A DNA stretch of 64,000 nt from Scenedesmus sp. PABB004 (Eukaryota). The position numbers were made by a program, and so were the translations under genes. The stretch's first letter is position 1; each line of letters begins with the position of its first letter. The notes beneath the pieces were generated by a model. It was not told the DNA's origin. It worked only from the letters and a program-made list of their open reading frames with translations, and searched no databases. The stretch covers positions 992,001 to 1,056,000 of the forward strand of contig JABVCE010000013.1 of the NCBI GenBank assembly GCA_014905635.1, in the 5' to 3' direction. Positions 12,052-23,127 of this stretch are shown one piece after another.

Positions 12052-14264
12052 CCCTGCTGCGCGGCATCCTCCCACGCCAGCTCCACCGCGCGCGCCGCCG
12101 TGCGGCGCACGACCAGCAGCGCCATCGGGTCGCGGGGCGGCAGCTCCCTCAGCAGGCACACGGAGCCGATGGCAAACCCCTCGAGGCTGCCAACGCTTGG
12201 CAGGTACTGCAGCGAGCGCTGCAGGTACAGCGGCACAGCCTGCCGCAGCACCCCTCGCAGCGCCGCCTGCGCCGGCGCCGCCGCCACCGCCGGCGCCGCC
12301 GCCGCTGCCCACAGGCCGGCGAAGGCCGCGTGCGCCGCCTGCGCGACGTGCGGCACGCCGTGCGGCAGCAGCAGCAGCACGAGCGGCAGCACGCGCGCCG
12401 CCGCGCCCGCGGGGTCGCGCGCCGCGCCGCAGGCCACCGGCACGAGGGGCAGCAGGAAGGCCAGGCGCGCCACGAGCACGGGGCTGGCCATCCAGGCGCG
12501 CTCGCCCGCCGGGCCGCCGGCCTCGCCGGGCGCGTGCAGCTCGCGCGTGAGCGCGCAATACTCTGGCAGCGCCGCGCCCAGGAACGCGTCCGCCGCCTCG
12601 GCGTCGCCCGCGACGGCGCCCACCAGGCCACGCAGCAGCTCGGCGCACGCGGGCAGATGGACGCTGCAGAACTGCAGCGCGCCGAGGCCCGCGAGGCCCT
12701 GCGCCGCGACCGCGGCGCGCGCGACGCCGCCGGCCGCGCCGGGGCGCCGCTCGCACGCGCCCCACAGCGCCGCGAGCAGCGCGACGTGCAGCGCGAAGCC
12801 GCGGTCCAGCTGCTGGCGCAGCGCCGCCGCGTCCACGCGCTGCACCACCGCCGCGGGCGCGGCGGCCAGGTAGGCAGCATACGCCTCCGCCCGCGCCTCG
12901 GCCTCGCGCCGCAGCGCGCCCAGCAGCGCGCGCTGCTCGTCGTCGGGCAGCCGCGCCGCCGCGCCGGCCAGCCAGCGCGCAAGCGCGCCGACCGCGTGCG
13001 GGCCGTGCTCGCGCTGCTGCGCCGCAAGCCACGCGCTCGCCGCGCCCGCGTCGCCGCGCACGCCGGCGTGGAACAGCGCGCCCGCCAGGCCGCAGCCCTG
13101 GTGCAGCACGTAGCTGAGGCCGCACAGCAGGCCGGCGAGGCTCGGCGCGGGCTGCTGCAGCGGCCGCGGCCACTGCTCGAGCGCGTCAAGCGCGGCGCCG
13201 TGTGCCGAGGCGAGCCTCGCAAAGGCCCCGCCCGCCAGCAGCCGCGCGCACCAGCCGGCGGCGTCGTCCGGCGCCGCGCCGTCGTCCTGCGCGCAGCGCG
13301 CGCAGGCGACCGACAGCGCCCGTGCCAGCAGCAAGGCCTGCTGCTCCACGTGCTGCCGCCACAGCGGCTGCAGCGGCGGCGCGGCGCCCGCCGCCGCCGC
13401 CCACACGTCCTCGGCGGCCGGCAGCGGAGTGAGCGCCTCGAGGCTGCCGCTCGCCGCGCCGGCCGCCACTGCGCCGGCCAGCGCCGCCAGCAGGGCGTCG
13501 CCCTCACTGCACGCGTTCAGCAGCAGCGCCGCGCCGGCCGCGAGGCCCCGCAGCGCGCCGGCGTCCGGCGCGCCCGCCGCCGCGGCCGACCTGCACGCCG
13601 CGCGGCCCCAGCGCTGGCCCAGCGCGGCCAGCCCCGCCAGCGCGCCCGCCGCCTGCGCGCCCGCGAGCTCCGGCGCCTCGCTCGGCTCGGCCAGCGCGGA
13701 CGGCAGGCCCGCCCGCAGCGCGCCCAGCACGGCTGCCAGCAGCCAGCACAGCTCGTCCGGCTGCTCCGCGCACGCGGCCAGGAGCGGGCACGCGCCCTCC
13801 GCGCACGCGGCCAGGAGCTGCAGCGCCGGCGCGGCGGGCGCGGCGCCCGCCGCCGGCCGCCCCAGCGCCGAGCACGCCGCCGCCACGGCGCGCCGGCGCC
13901 GCTCCGCGGCGGCCGGCCCCGCGGCTGCCAGCGCCGGCAGCGCCGCGCCGACAAAGCCCAGCGCGGGTCCCAGCAGCTGCGGCGCCGCCGCCACGTCGCC
14001 GCGCTGCAGCGCGCCCGCGACGGCGTCGAGCGCCCGCGCCAGCGCCGCCCGCACGTCGTCGGCGGCGGCAGCCGGCTGCTGCTCCGCCGGCTGCTGCTGC
14101 TGGGCCGCCTGCCGCTCCCAGGGCCGCACCGGGCGCGGCTGCGCAGCGGGCGCCTGCGGCGACGCAGCGAGGCGCGACAGCGCCGCCAGCAGCGGCGCCC
14201 AGTCGGCGGGCGGCGCGGCCTCCAGGCCGTCCGCCAGGCGCCGCGCCGCCGCCAGGTCGGCCAT
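11721..14264 (-). CDS. Intronless ~847-aa alpha-helical (ARM/HEAT-like) protein of unknown function
   Basis: Uninterrupted Leu/Ala-rich frame from ATG 14264 (MADLAAARRLADGLE) to TGA 11721. The C-terminal LYRGSLSDDYARRPLLVAWIDGL recalls, from memory, the C-terminus of an uncharacterised land-plant family (At1g73970-like); needs a search. Confidence 0.75.
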
Positions 14265-14790
14265 CGCGGGCGACAGGAGCGGGAGGGCCGCTCCGCAGCA
14301 CCACACGTGGCGGCTGGGGCGCGGGCGCCGCCGCGGGCCGGCCCCGCTGCCGGCGTGGAGCGCGCCGCGAGCGTGAGCCAACGCAGCGCCGGCGTGACGA
14401 TGGCCCTGTCGCCACGCGGGTCCGGCGATGAGCTTCGCTCGCCGCCGAACGTGCTCGTCACGTAGCGCGACGCCGCGGCGGCGCAGTGGCTCGCCCGCCC
14501 CCGGCCATGCAGCGCGTATCCACTTCGCCGTCCCTCCCCGGCTCCCCGCGCCTGCCCCGCGCCGGCCCTGCGCGGCAGCTTCCCCGCGTCGCGCGCAGCA
14601 GCGGCGCGGCCAATCGTCGCCACCTGCGCGCCCCTGGCCCTGCCACCTGCCTCGAGGCTTGCCGGCTGCTTCGTTTCGACGAACCAGCGGCAGCGCAGTG
14701 GGCTCGGGCCTTCGAGCGGTGCGCGGCGGCGGCTGCTTGCAGGGGCCGGCCCGCGGGCGGCCAGCCGGAGCGCCAGGCGCGGCGCCGCCG

Positions 14791-17164
14791 ATGGAGCGCC
14801 GCGACGACCCCGTGGCGCGCCCGGGCAGTGGCAGCGGCGGCGGCGCGCCTGACGGCGCCGCGCCGCACGCGGCGGGCGCTGTGGAGCAGGGCGGCGCCTG
14901 CTGCGCGCACGCGGGCGACGGCGCGAGCACTGGCGACGGCGCGGCGGCGAGCGACAACACCACCGGCGGCACGCCGAGCGCCAGCGGCGGCCGCGGCGCG
15001 GCGGCCGCGGCCGAGCGGCGCGGCGGCGGCGGCCCGCGCGCGCGGTCCGGCGGCGCGCTCCCTGCGTTCGTGCAGACGTCGGCCCTGATCGCCAACGTGC
15101 GTGCCGGCGGGAGCGGGCGGGAGGCCCGCGCGCCGGCGGCCGCGCGCCGCCCGCCCACTGCCGCCCCGCGCTGCGCGCGCAGTCGTGCGGCTACTGCGGC
15201 ACGCGCAGCACCTCCGGCTGCTGGCGGCGCGGCTGGGAGATTGACGGCGGCCGCTTCATCAACCTCTGCAACAAGTGAGACCGCGCCGCCGCGCAGGGGC
15301 TCACACGGGCGGGCCCGCGCGCGGGCCGGCCTCCGTGGCCAGCCGAGGGCGGCTGCGGCCGGCGTCGACCGCGCGCGCACGCCCGCGCCGCCGCCGCCGC
15401 CACCACCGCCGCCAGGTGCGGCCTGCGGCACAAGGCTGGCAAGCTGCTGTCGGTGCCGCTGCCCACGCCGCCCCAGCCCCGCCCGCGCGCCGCCGCTCGC
15501 GCGAGCGCCGGCGCCGGCGGCGCGGCGCCGGCGAGCCCAGCCGTGGCCGCCTCCGGCGGCGGCGCCGCGACCGCCGCGGGCGCGGACGCGCCGGGCGAGG
15601 CGGCGGTGCTGCGCGACGCCGCGACCGCGGACGCCCTGGCGCGGCTGCTGGCCTTTGCGCCGGTCGGCGGCGGGCAGCCGGGCGCGGTGGCGGGGCTCGA
15701 CCTCGGCCCGGCCAGCGGCGACGCGCTGTTCAGCGCCTCGAGCCGTGGCCTGCACCTGCCCGACCTGCACGCGGCGCTGGGGCTGGACGCCCTCGGCGCG
15801 CGCATGCCCAGCGGCAGCAGCAGCATGGGGGCCGGCCCCAGCGCCGCAGGCGGCGAGCCGCTCCAGCTGGGCCCCGCTGCGGCCGCGGCGGGCACGCGCC
15901 CGCTGGCGGCGCCGCTGGCCAGCCCGGCGCTGCCGGACGGCCTCGCAGCGCTCGCAGGCCTGGGCGCCGGCGACTCGGCGGCGCTCGTCGCAGCGCTGGG
16001 TCTGCCGCGCGGGCTGGGAGCCGCGGCGGCCGCGATGCCAGCCCTGGGCGGCGCGTTCGGGGGGCTGGAGCCCACGCAGCTGAGCCCCGAGATGCTGGCG
16101 CTCCTCGCCGGCCCCGAGGACGCGGCGCTGGCGGCCGCGGAGCCGGCGCCCAAGCGCCGCCGCACCAAGAAGGCAGCCGCCGCCGACAGCACCGACGGCG
16201 CCGGCGGCGGCGCCGGCACCGGCGGGGCCAAGCGCGGCAGCAGCGCCGCCGCCACGGGCCGCCAGCAGCAGCAGCGCGCGCGCCAGGGTCAGCAGCGGGC
16301 CGCGGCCGAGGCCGCCGCGGCGTGGCCGGGCCCGCCGCGGCGCGACGACTCCCTGGCCGCCGGCGCGGCCGCCGACGCGCTGCTGGCGCTCAACCGCAGC
16401 AGGCGCGCTCGCCGCCGCAGCCGCACGCCCGCTCGGCCGCGAGCGCTCACCTGCGCCGCTGCCGCCCCGCCACCGCAGCGGCGCGAGCGGCAGCCCCACC
16501 GCCTCTCCCCAGCTGCTGGGCGCGCCGCCCAGCGCCGCCGCCGACGCGGCGGCGGACTCGGCGCTCGCGCACGGCGCAGGCGTCAAGCGCGCCCGCGGCG
16601 GCGAGCTGCTGGTGCGCCGGGCGTGCGTGCGCACGGGCGGAGCCGTGCCTGCCGCCTCGGCAGGTGCCGCGCAGTCACGGCGCGCCAAGCCCGCACCCGG
16701 CCCCGCCCACCCACGCTGTCGCCGCAGGCTGCGCCCGCCGCCGCCGCCGGCGCCGCCGCCGCCGGCGCCGCCGCCGCCGAGCGCCACGAGAGCGAGCCGG
16801 GCGCGGCGCTGTGGGCCTGGACCGCGGCGCGCGTGGCGGAGTGGCTGCGCGCGGCCGGCTGCGGCGAGGCGGCGGCGGCGGCGTTTTGGGAGCGCCAGAT
16901 CGACGGCGCGGCGCTAGCGGGGCTGATGGCGGCGACGCAGGTGCGCGAGAGCTGCCCCCCCCCCCCCCCCCCCACAAACCCACCCACTCCCACACACACC
17001 GCGCGGCGCGCCACTCACACCGGCGGCCCGCCGCACCGCGCCGCACCGCCGGCCAGGGCCCCGGGAAGGCGCTGTACGCCATGCTGGGCGACCTGGGCAT
17101 ACAGGACGTGGCGGCGCGGCTGCGGCTCGTGCACACCCTGCTCGGCCTCCTGGCCCACGCGTAA
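14791..17164 (+). CDS. Putative transcriptional regulator: atypical GATA/VAL-like C4 zinc finger plus C-terminal SAM domain
   Basis: Splicing 14791-15096 / 15183-15274 / 15416-... gives SCGYCGTRSTSGCWRRGWEIDGGRFINLCNKCGLRHK. NLS-like PAPKRRRTKK. C-terminal WTAARVAEWLRAAGC...FWERQIDGAALAGL...LGDLGIQDVAARLRL (SAM pattern). Stop TAA at 17162-17164. Middle exon structure is uncertain. Confidence 0.75.
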
Positions 17165-17592
17165 CGCGCGCAGGGGGGGGGGGGGTGCGGCACCGCAGCG
17201 GGACGGCGTGCGCGCGCAGACGGCGTGAAGCTGGCGGTGGGCGCGCGGGCGGTGAGCGGAGCAGTGGCAGCGATCCTGGGCGAGGCCTGCGCAGCGGGGG
17301 CGCGTGCTGGCACGGAGCTGATGGCGGGTGCCGGGCATTTGATGATGACACCCCACCCCCAAACACACACACCACCACCTCGTTTTTGCTGCTGGCCTGA
17401 TGCCGCGGCGGCGGCCCAGCCTGTGCGGGCGCCGCACGCGCGCCTGGGCGTGAGCGGCGATGACCACCCTGCTCACTGTTTCATGTCGGCAGGCGCGGCT
17501 GGCTGGCTCGGAGCTGGGTCGTGCTGCGGAGGTGGGGCTGCGGAGTTGGGGCTGCTGCCTTGGTGCAACAGCCGAGTTGCCATGCCGCGCGC

Positions 17593-18576
17593 TCAGCTCT
17601 CGCCGCCGCCGCCGCCGCCTGGGCTGCCGCCTGGGCCCTCGCCGCCGCCGCGCTGCTGCTGGCGCGCAATCTCCGCGAATATCGACTTGTCGCCCAAGTC
17701 CTCTGCGAGCGGCTGCGTGTACTTGCGAGCAGCAAACACGCTGCCGGCGGCGCACGTCGCGGCGAGCAGGCCCCCCTCCACAGCGGCGGGCGCGGCACCG
17801 CTCAGGTGCGCGAGGCAGAGCGCCGGCAGCAGGGCCGCGAGGGCCGCCGCCTCGGCCTTGCCGTAACACAAACCCTCTTTAATGGCGACGCCCGTGACCG
17901 CTGCAGCCGCGGGTCCGACCAGCCACGTGGCCCACGGCTGCTGCGCAACGAGCAGCGGCAGCGGCTCGGCGTGCGTCGCGGCGAGGTAGGCGCCGCCGAG
18001 CACGCCCGCGAGCCCCAGCGCCTGCAGCGTGCGCTTGATGGGGGAAAGGTAGATGTGGATCTGCACGAGGCTCACGCCGAGGCCCGCCGCGCCCAGCGCC
18101 GCGAGCGGGTTGAGCAGGGCGCCGAGGCTGCCGTCGCTGAGGCTGCCGGCGCCGCCGCCGGTCAGGATCGCCGCCGCGCCGATGAAGGCGCCGACGGCGG
18201 CCGAGAGGCCGAGGCGGTACGTCCAGACCTCCACGATGTCAGCCTGCTCGATGCTCCAGGGGCCGTAGCGGCCCTGGAAAACCTCTGAGGCGGCGGGCGG
18301 GCGGACAGGGCGGGCGGTTGGGCGGCCAGGGCGGTGCGCGCGGCGACATTGTCTGACAGCAGCGCCGCTGCCGGTCCCGATGGCGCCGGCGCAGAGCAGC
18401 CGCCGCCCACCCTTCGCCTCGCCGTCCGCGGCTTCACAGCGCGTCCATGAAGCGCGGCGCTGCACGCACGGAGCGGGCCGCGCGGCCGGCGCGGGGCGCC
18501 GGCCGGCGCACCGCTGCCGCTGCTGCTGCGCGGCGCCGCGGGCGGTCCGCGGCGCGGCTGCCGCGATGGCGCTCAT
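17593..18576 (-). CDS. DUF2301-type integral membrane protein, likely plastid-targeted
   Basis: Ala/Arg transit peptide MSAIAAAAPRTARG, one intron (~18285-18410), then EVFQGRYGPWSIEQADIVEVWTYR...IHIYLSPIKRTLQ...IKEGLCYGKAEA...RKYTQPLAEDLGDKSIF. Confidence 0.85.
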   Translation of the reverse strand: MSAIAAAAPRTARGAAQQQRQRCAGRRPAPAARPAPCVQRRASWTRCEAADGEAKGGRRLLCAGAIGTGSGAAVRQCRRAHRPGRPTARPVRPPAASEVFQGRYGPWSIEQADIVEVWTYRLGLSAAVGAFIGAAAILTGGGAGSLSDGSLGALLNPLAALGAAGLGVSLVQIHIYLSPIKRTLQALGLAGVLGGAYLAATHAEPLPLLVAQQPWATWLVGPAAAAVTGVAIKEGLCYGKAEAAALAALLPALCLAHLSGAAPAAVEGGLLAATCAAGSVFAARKYTQPLAEDLGDKSIFAEIARQQQRGGGEGPGGSPGGGGGGES

Positions 18577-18848
18577 GTGGCAGTACGTGCCGAGGCGGCG
18601 TCGGGAGGAGTGCGGGCGGGCGGAGGTGCGTGCAGGGGGCTGGCGCGTGCGGCGGCGCGGTTGCAGCCAAAAAAACGACGGCCCGCTCAACCCTGCTACA
18701 CGCCAGCGCCCGCAGCTGCCGACCTCTTACACTTGGCACCCCGCAGCTCCGCCGCCGACGCCGGTCGCTGCGCTGAGCAGTGTGCTGCGGCTGGCCGTCG
18801 CACGGGCCAGTCACACGCGACCCCCCCTCCCCCCTCGCCTGCGTCGCC

Positions 18849-19836
18849 TCACTGCTCCTTGGCGGGCGGCGGCGGCGCCTCCTTCTGCGGCTCGCCCGCG
18901 GGGGGCTTCTCCTTGGGGTTGCCGGCGGGGATGGGGTCGGGGCGGCGCTCTGCGCGGCGCGGCGCGGACTCGTGGGCCGCGGCGCGCGCCCGTTCCCCGC
19001 GCGGCGGCGGCCACGCAGCCGAGCGCGCACACGCGCGCACGGGCGCCGCGCGCGGGGGCGGCTCGCGGCGCACCGGGCATGGCGGGGCCCTTGGGCATCT
19101 CCTTGGCCTGCTCCGGCAGCTCCGCGGGCTTGAACTCGGGCGCGCCCGGCGTGTAGAGCGGCTGGTCCTCGCGCCTAACGCGGCGGCGGCAGCGGCGGTG
19201 GTGATGGCGTGTGCATGGTGCCGCCGCGCGGCAGCGCGCAAGGGGGGGGGGGGGGGCGCGGGCCGCGCGCTGCGGCCGAACGCTGGCGCAGAGCGCGCGC
19301 CCTGGCTAGCGCCCCAAGCGCCCTGGCGGCCGCCGCGGGCGCCGCCGCACCGGTAGGGCTGGATCACGGGGCTCTGCCCCGGGCTGGGGACGTAGGAGGG
19401 TCGCGTGAACTCCTCGTCGCGGTCGGGCGTCGGCCGCGTCCACACGCGCGCCGGCGCCGGGCCGCGCCGCCGCGTCTGCTGTCGCCGCGCCGCCGCCGCC
19501 GCTCCTCCTGCGCCGCAGGTGCGGGAGGGCCGCGGGCAGCGAGTCGGCAGGGCCGGGCGGGTCGGCGCGCGCTGCTGGGCGCGGCGCGGTCGCCGCTGCC
19601 GCGCCGCGCCGCCGCGGCCAGGCCCGAGCGCCGGCCGCCGCGCGGGTGGCGCCCGACAGGCGTGCCAAGACGGAGGGTGACGCCAGGGGCCGCAGCGCGC
19701 GCAGGGCGGCCGCAGCGGGGCGGGTGGGCCCGAGAGCTCGCGGGCCATCACCGCACGCACCGGCTCCCGACGCGCCGCTCCGCTGCTGCTGCGTGCGCGC
19801 GCGCTCGGCGAGGCCGCGGCTGCGTGCTGCCAGCAT
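18849..19836 (-). CDS. Small Pro/Glu-rich protein of unknown function (spliced; start uncertain)
   Basis: Coding-like exons PDRDEEFTRPSYVPSPGQSPVIQPYR / EDQPLYTPGAPEFKPAELPEQAKEMPKGPAMP / RRPDPIPAGNPKEKPPAGEPQKEAPPPPPAKEQ* separated by GT..AG introns. Minus-strand TGTAA ~120 bp after the stop (ttaca at ~18727). Confidence 0.6.
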
Positions 19837-20228
19837 CGTGGCGGCGTGTGGTGGTGGGCTGTGGCTGCGCGTGCTGCTGTCGTGCTTGCTGGCTGCGTCG
19901 GTCGTGTGGGAGCTGTCCTGCTGCGGGCCTGGCGCAGCGCCGCGATCGCGCGCGGCGCCGCCGCGATCGCGCGCGGCGCCGCAACCGCAGCGGCGGCGCT
20001 GCGGCGCCAAACCGCGCAACGCAACCGACGCCGCGACGCTGCTCTTGTGCTCCCGCGCCGTGCGTCGCTGGGCCCGGCACCACATCACATCACACGCGCA
20101 CGGCGGACCGCTGCCACGCAGACCGCAGCCGCCGCACCAGCCGCCGCGCCGCACCAACCGCTGGCTCAGGCCGCCACCGCTGCTCATGCCGCGCCGCTGA
20201 GGCCGAGGGCCGCCGGCGCCGGCGCTTG

Positions 20229-21638
20229 ATGTTGCGCACGAGCGAGAGTGCATCGTCTTCGGGAGAGCGCGGCAACGGCGGCGGCTCGCCGTCGCCCTTC
20301 TCGCCGGCGCACGCCAGCATCAGCATGCCTGTCTCGACCGGGGCCCCGATCCTGCGCTTCGGCGCGCCGCCGCGAAAAATCGTGCTGCCGCGCCGGCAGG
20401 AGGCGCTGGGCGACAAGCTGTGGCGGTGCGGGGAACCCGGGGGGTGCGCGGCAGCGCGCGACGGCGCCGCGCGGCCGCTTGAGCGCCGCCGCCGCCGCGT
20501 CGCCGCCGCAGGAGCCGCGGCGTGCTGCTGGTGACGGTGGTGCCGGTGAGCGGCCGGGGCAGCCGGCGGGGCAGCCGGCGGCGGTTGCAGCGGCGGCTGG
20601 CGGCGCGCCACGCGGCGGCTCGCCGGCGGTCGGCGCGCCCAGCCGCGCCGCCGCCGCTGCGCCGCCGCAGCTGCTGGTGGTCGGGGCGATGGTCTTCTGG
20701 CTCTTCCCCTCGACCGCGCCGGTGCGCGACCTGCGCGCCTTCACGGCGAGCCACCTGCACGCGCACGGCGGCGCCGCCGCCGGCGGCGCCGCGGGCGCCG
20801 CGTTTGCGTACAGCATCGTCCTGGACGCCGGCTCGACCGGCAGCCGCATCCACGTGTTCAAGTTTCGCCGCGACGGCGCGGCGCTGCACCTGCTGAGCGA
20901 CGGCTTCCACCAGCTCAAGCCCGGGCTCAGCGCGTTTGCGGGCGACCCCGCCAAGGCCGCGGAGAGCCTGCGCCCGCTCATGGCTGAGGCGCTCGCGGCG
21001 GTGCCGCCGGAGCAGCAGGCGCGCGCGGGGCCCCCTCGCGCGGCGCGCACGCGCGCGGCGCGCACGCGCGCGGCGCGCACGCGCGCGGCGCAGGGTGCGC
21101 CCCCACGGACGGCCGCAGCGCGAGCGCCGCTGCCCGCCGCCGCCCGCCTCCGCCGCCGCTGTCGCTGTCCCCAGGCGAGCACCGGGCTGTCGCTCAAGGC
21201 GACCGCGGGGCTGCGCCTGCTGCCGGGGCGGCAGGCTGACGACATCCTAGCCGCGGTGCGCACCTTCCTGCGAGGCTACCCGTTCAAAATCGGCAGCGAC
21301 AGCTCGGTCGAGGTCATGGACGGCGCGCACGAGGGCGCGTTTGCGTGGCTCACACTCAACTACCTGCTCGGCCGCCTCGGCCGCGGCGCCGAGGGCACCG
21401 TCGCGGCGATCGACCTCGGCGGCGGCAGCGTGCAGGAGGCGTTCGCGCTGCCGCCCGCCGCCGCGGCGGCCGCGCCGCCGGGCTACGTCACGCGGATGCG
21501 CGCGGGCGGCGTGACTTACGACGTCTACGTCCACAGGCGCGCGCGCACCGCCGCCGCCGCCGCTGCTGCGCTCCTCCCCCGGCACGCCCCGCGCCCAAGC
21601 GCTCCGCGCGCACCCGCGCCTGCCCGTCCCCCCCCCCC

Positions 21639-21702
<64 letters not shown>

Positions 21703-22756
21703 ACCACCACCACCACCGCGCAGCTACCTGGGCTACGGCCTCATGGCCGCGCGGGCCAAGGTCATCCAGGCCGCCGGCGCGGGCGGCGGCAGCCACCCCT
21801 GCTTCGCCAAGGGCTCGGGGCTCAAGTACTCGTACGGCGGCGCCGAGTACGCGGTCGGCGAGGTGTCGGACGCGGGCGACTTTGCGCGCTGCGCGGCGGT
21901 CGCGCTTAAGGCGCTCGACCACGACAAGGACTGCGGCGGCCCGCAGGCGCGGCGGCGGCGCCGCGCCGCGCGCGGCGCGCCCCCTGCGCACGGCTGGCCG
22001 CGCGCGCGGCCACGCACGCACCGCGCGCACGCGTCCGTCCGGCCGTGCGCACCAACCAACGATGCGCGGTGCGGCGCAGGCCGACTGCTCGTTCAGCGGC
22101 GCGTGGCGCGGCAAGCCGCCGGCCATGGCGCGCGTGTACTACGTGAGCAGCTACTTCTGGGACCGCGCGCTCGAGGCGGGCATCATCGCCGACGCCGCCG
22201 CGACAGAGTGGAGCACGAGCCCGCGGGCGCGCGGCGGCGCCGCGCGCGCGCGCGCCCACACGCGCGCGCTCGCCCACGCGCGCGCGCGCCCCCGCCCACG
22301 TGCCCACCCACCGCCGCGCCCGCGCCCGCCGCCGGCGCAGGACTTTGCGGCGCGCGCGGGCGCGGCGTGCGGGAAGGACCCCGCGGAGCTGTCGGCGTCG
22401 CTCGGGCTGCCGCCCGCGCAGGCGCCCTTCTTCTGCCTCGACCTCTCCTTCTGCCACACCGTGCTCACGCAGGGCTTCGACCTGCCCGACGACGCAACGC
22501 TCACGCTCGTCAAGCAGGCGCGCGGCGCGCCGCGCGCAGGGGGCGGGCGCTGCGCGAGCCAGCGGCGGCCGGCGCGCGCCGGCAGGGGCGCGCCGCGCGT
22601 GCGGGCGGCCCACCCCGCCGCGCCGCGCCGCGCGGCGCCGCGCCGCGCCGCGCCGCGCCGTCCGCTGCCGGCGCGCCGCCCCAGGTGAAGTACAACGGGC
22701 AGGTGATCGAGGCGGCGTGGCCGCTCGGCGCGGCGATCGACGAGCTCTCGTCGTAG
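20229..22756 (+). CDS. Apyrase / NTPDase (GDA1/CD39 family), N-terminal type II membrane anchor
   Basis: All five apyrase conserved regions: IVLDAGSTGSRIHVF, LKATAGLRLL, MDGAHEGAFAWLTLNYLLG, IDLGGGSVQ, WPLGAA. 7 introns; stop TAG at 22754-22756. Confidence 0.95.
21628..21717. repeat. Intronic C-homopolymer + (CA)n + (CAC)n microsatellite
   Basis: Directly visible in apyrase intron 21537-21723. Confidence 0.95.
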
Positions 22757-22922
22757 CGGCGCCGGCGGGGTTTGGGGCGCGGCAGCGGCGCGCCGCGGGC
22801 GGCGGCGCGCGGCGGCGCAGCGCGTAGGCAGGCAGAGAGTTCGGTAACCGTGGGCTCATCACGTGCGGGTGGAGGGGACCTGCCGACGCCAGCGATAAGA
22901 GGCGGCGGCGGAGCGATAAGAG

Positions 22923-23037
22923 GCGGCGGCGCCGAACACCAACATCCTCAAGGGCGTCCGCTGGTCCCCCGACGGCTGCTCCTGCCTCACCGTCAGCGAC
23001 GACAACTGGTGCGCCAGCGCGGCGGCTGCGCCGACCT
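22923..23037 (+). repeat. Orphan duplicate of WRAP53 exon 2 and its splice donor (copy of 23333-23447)
   Basis: ~115-bp direct repeat at offset 410 with 4 mismatches; preceded by an in-frame TAA and a doubled cgataagaggcggcggcg. Confidence 0.9.
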
Positions 23038-23127
23038 ACGCACAGCAGCGAGGCGGAGCAGCGCCGGCGCCGGTGGCAGCACTCGCCGGCTGCGGCGCCA
23101 GCGTGCGCGGACCGCGCAGCTGTACGC

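Noticed and set aside
11721..16787. 1688-aa minus-strand ORF and the many other long overlapping Arg/Ala/Pro/Gly ORFs
   Set aside because: Stops are rare at ~80% GC. Only the part from ATG 14264 looks coding; the rest is the antisense shadow of the Zn-finger/SAM gene. The same applies to most entries in the ORF track.
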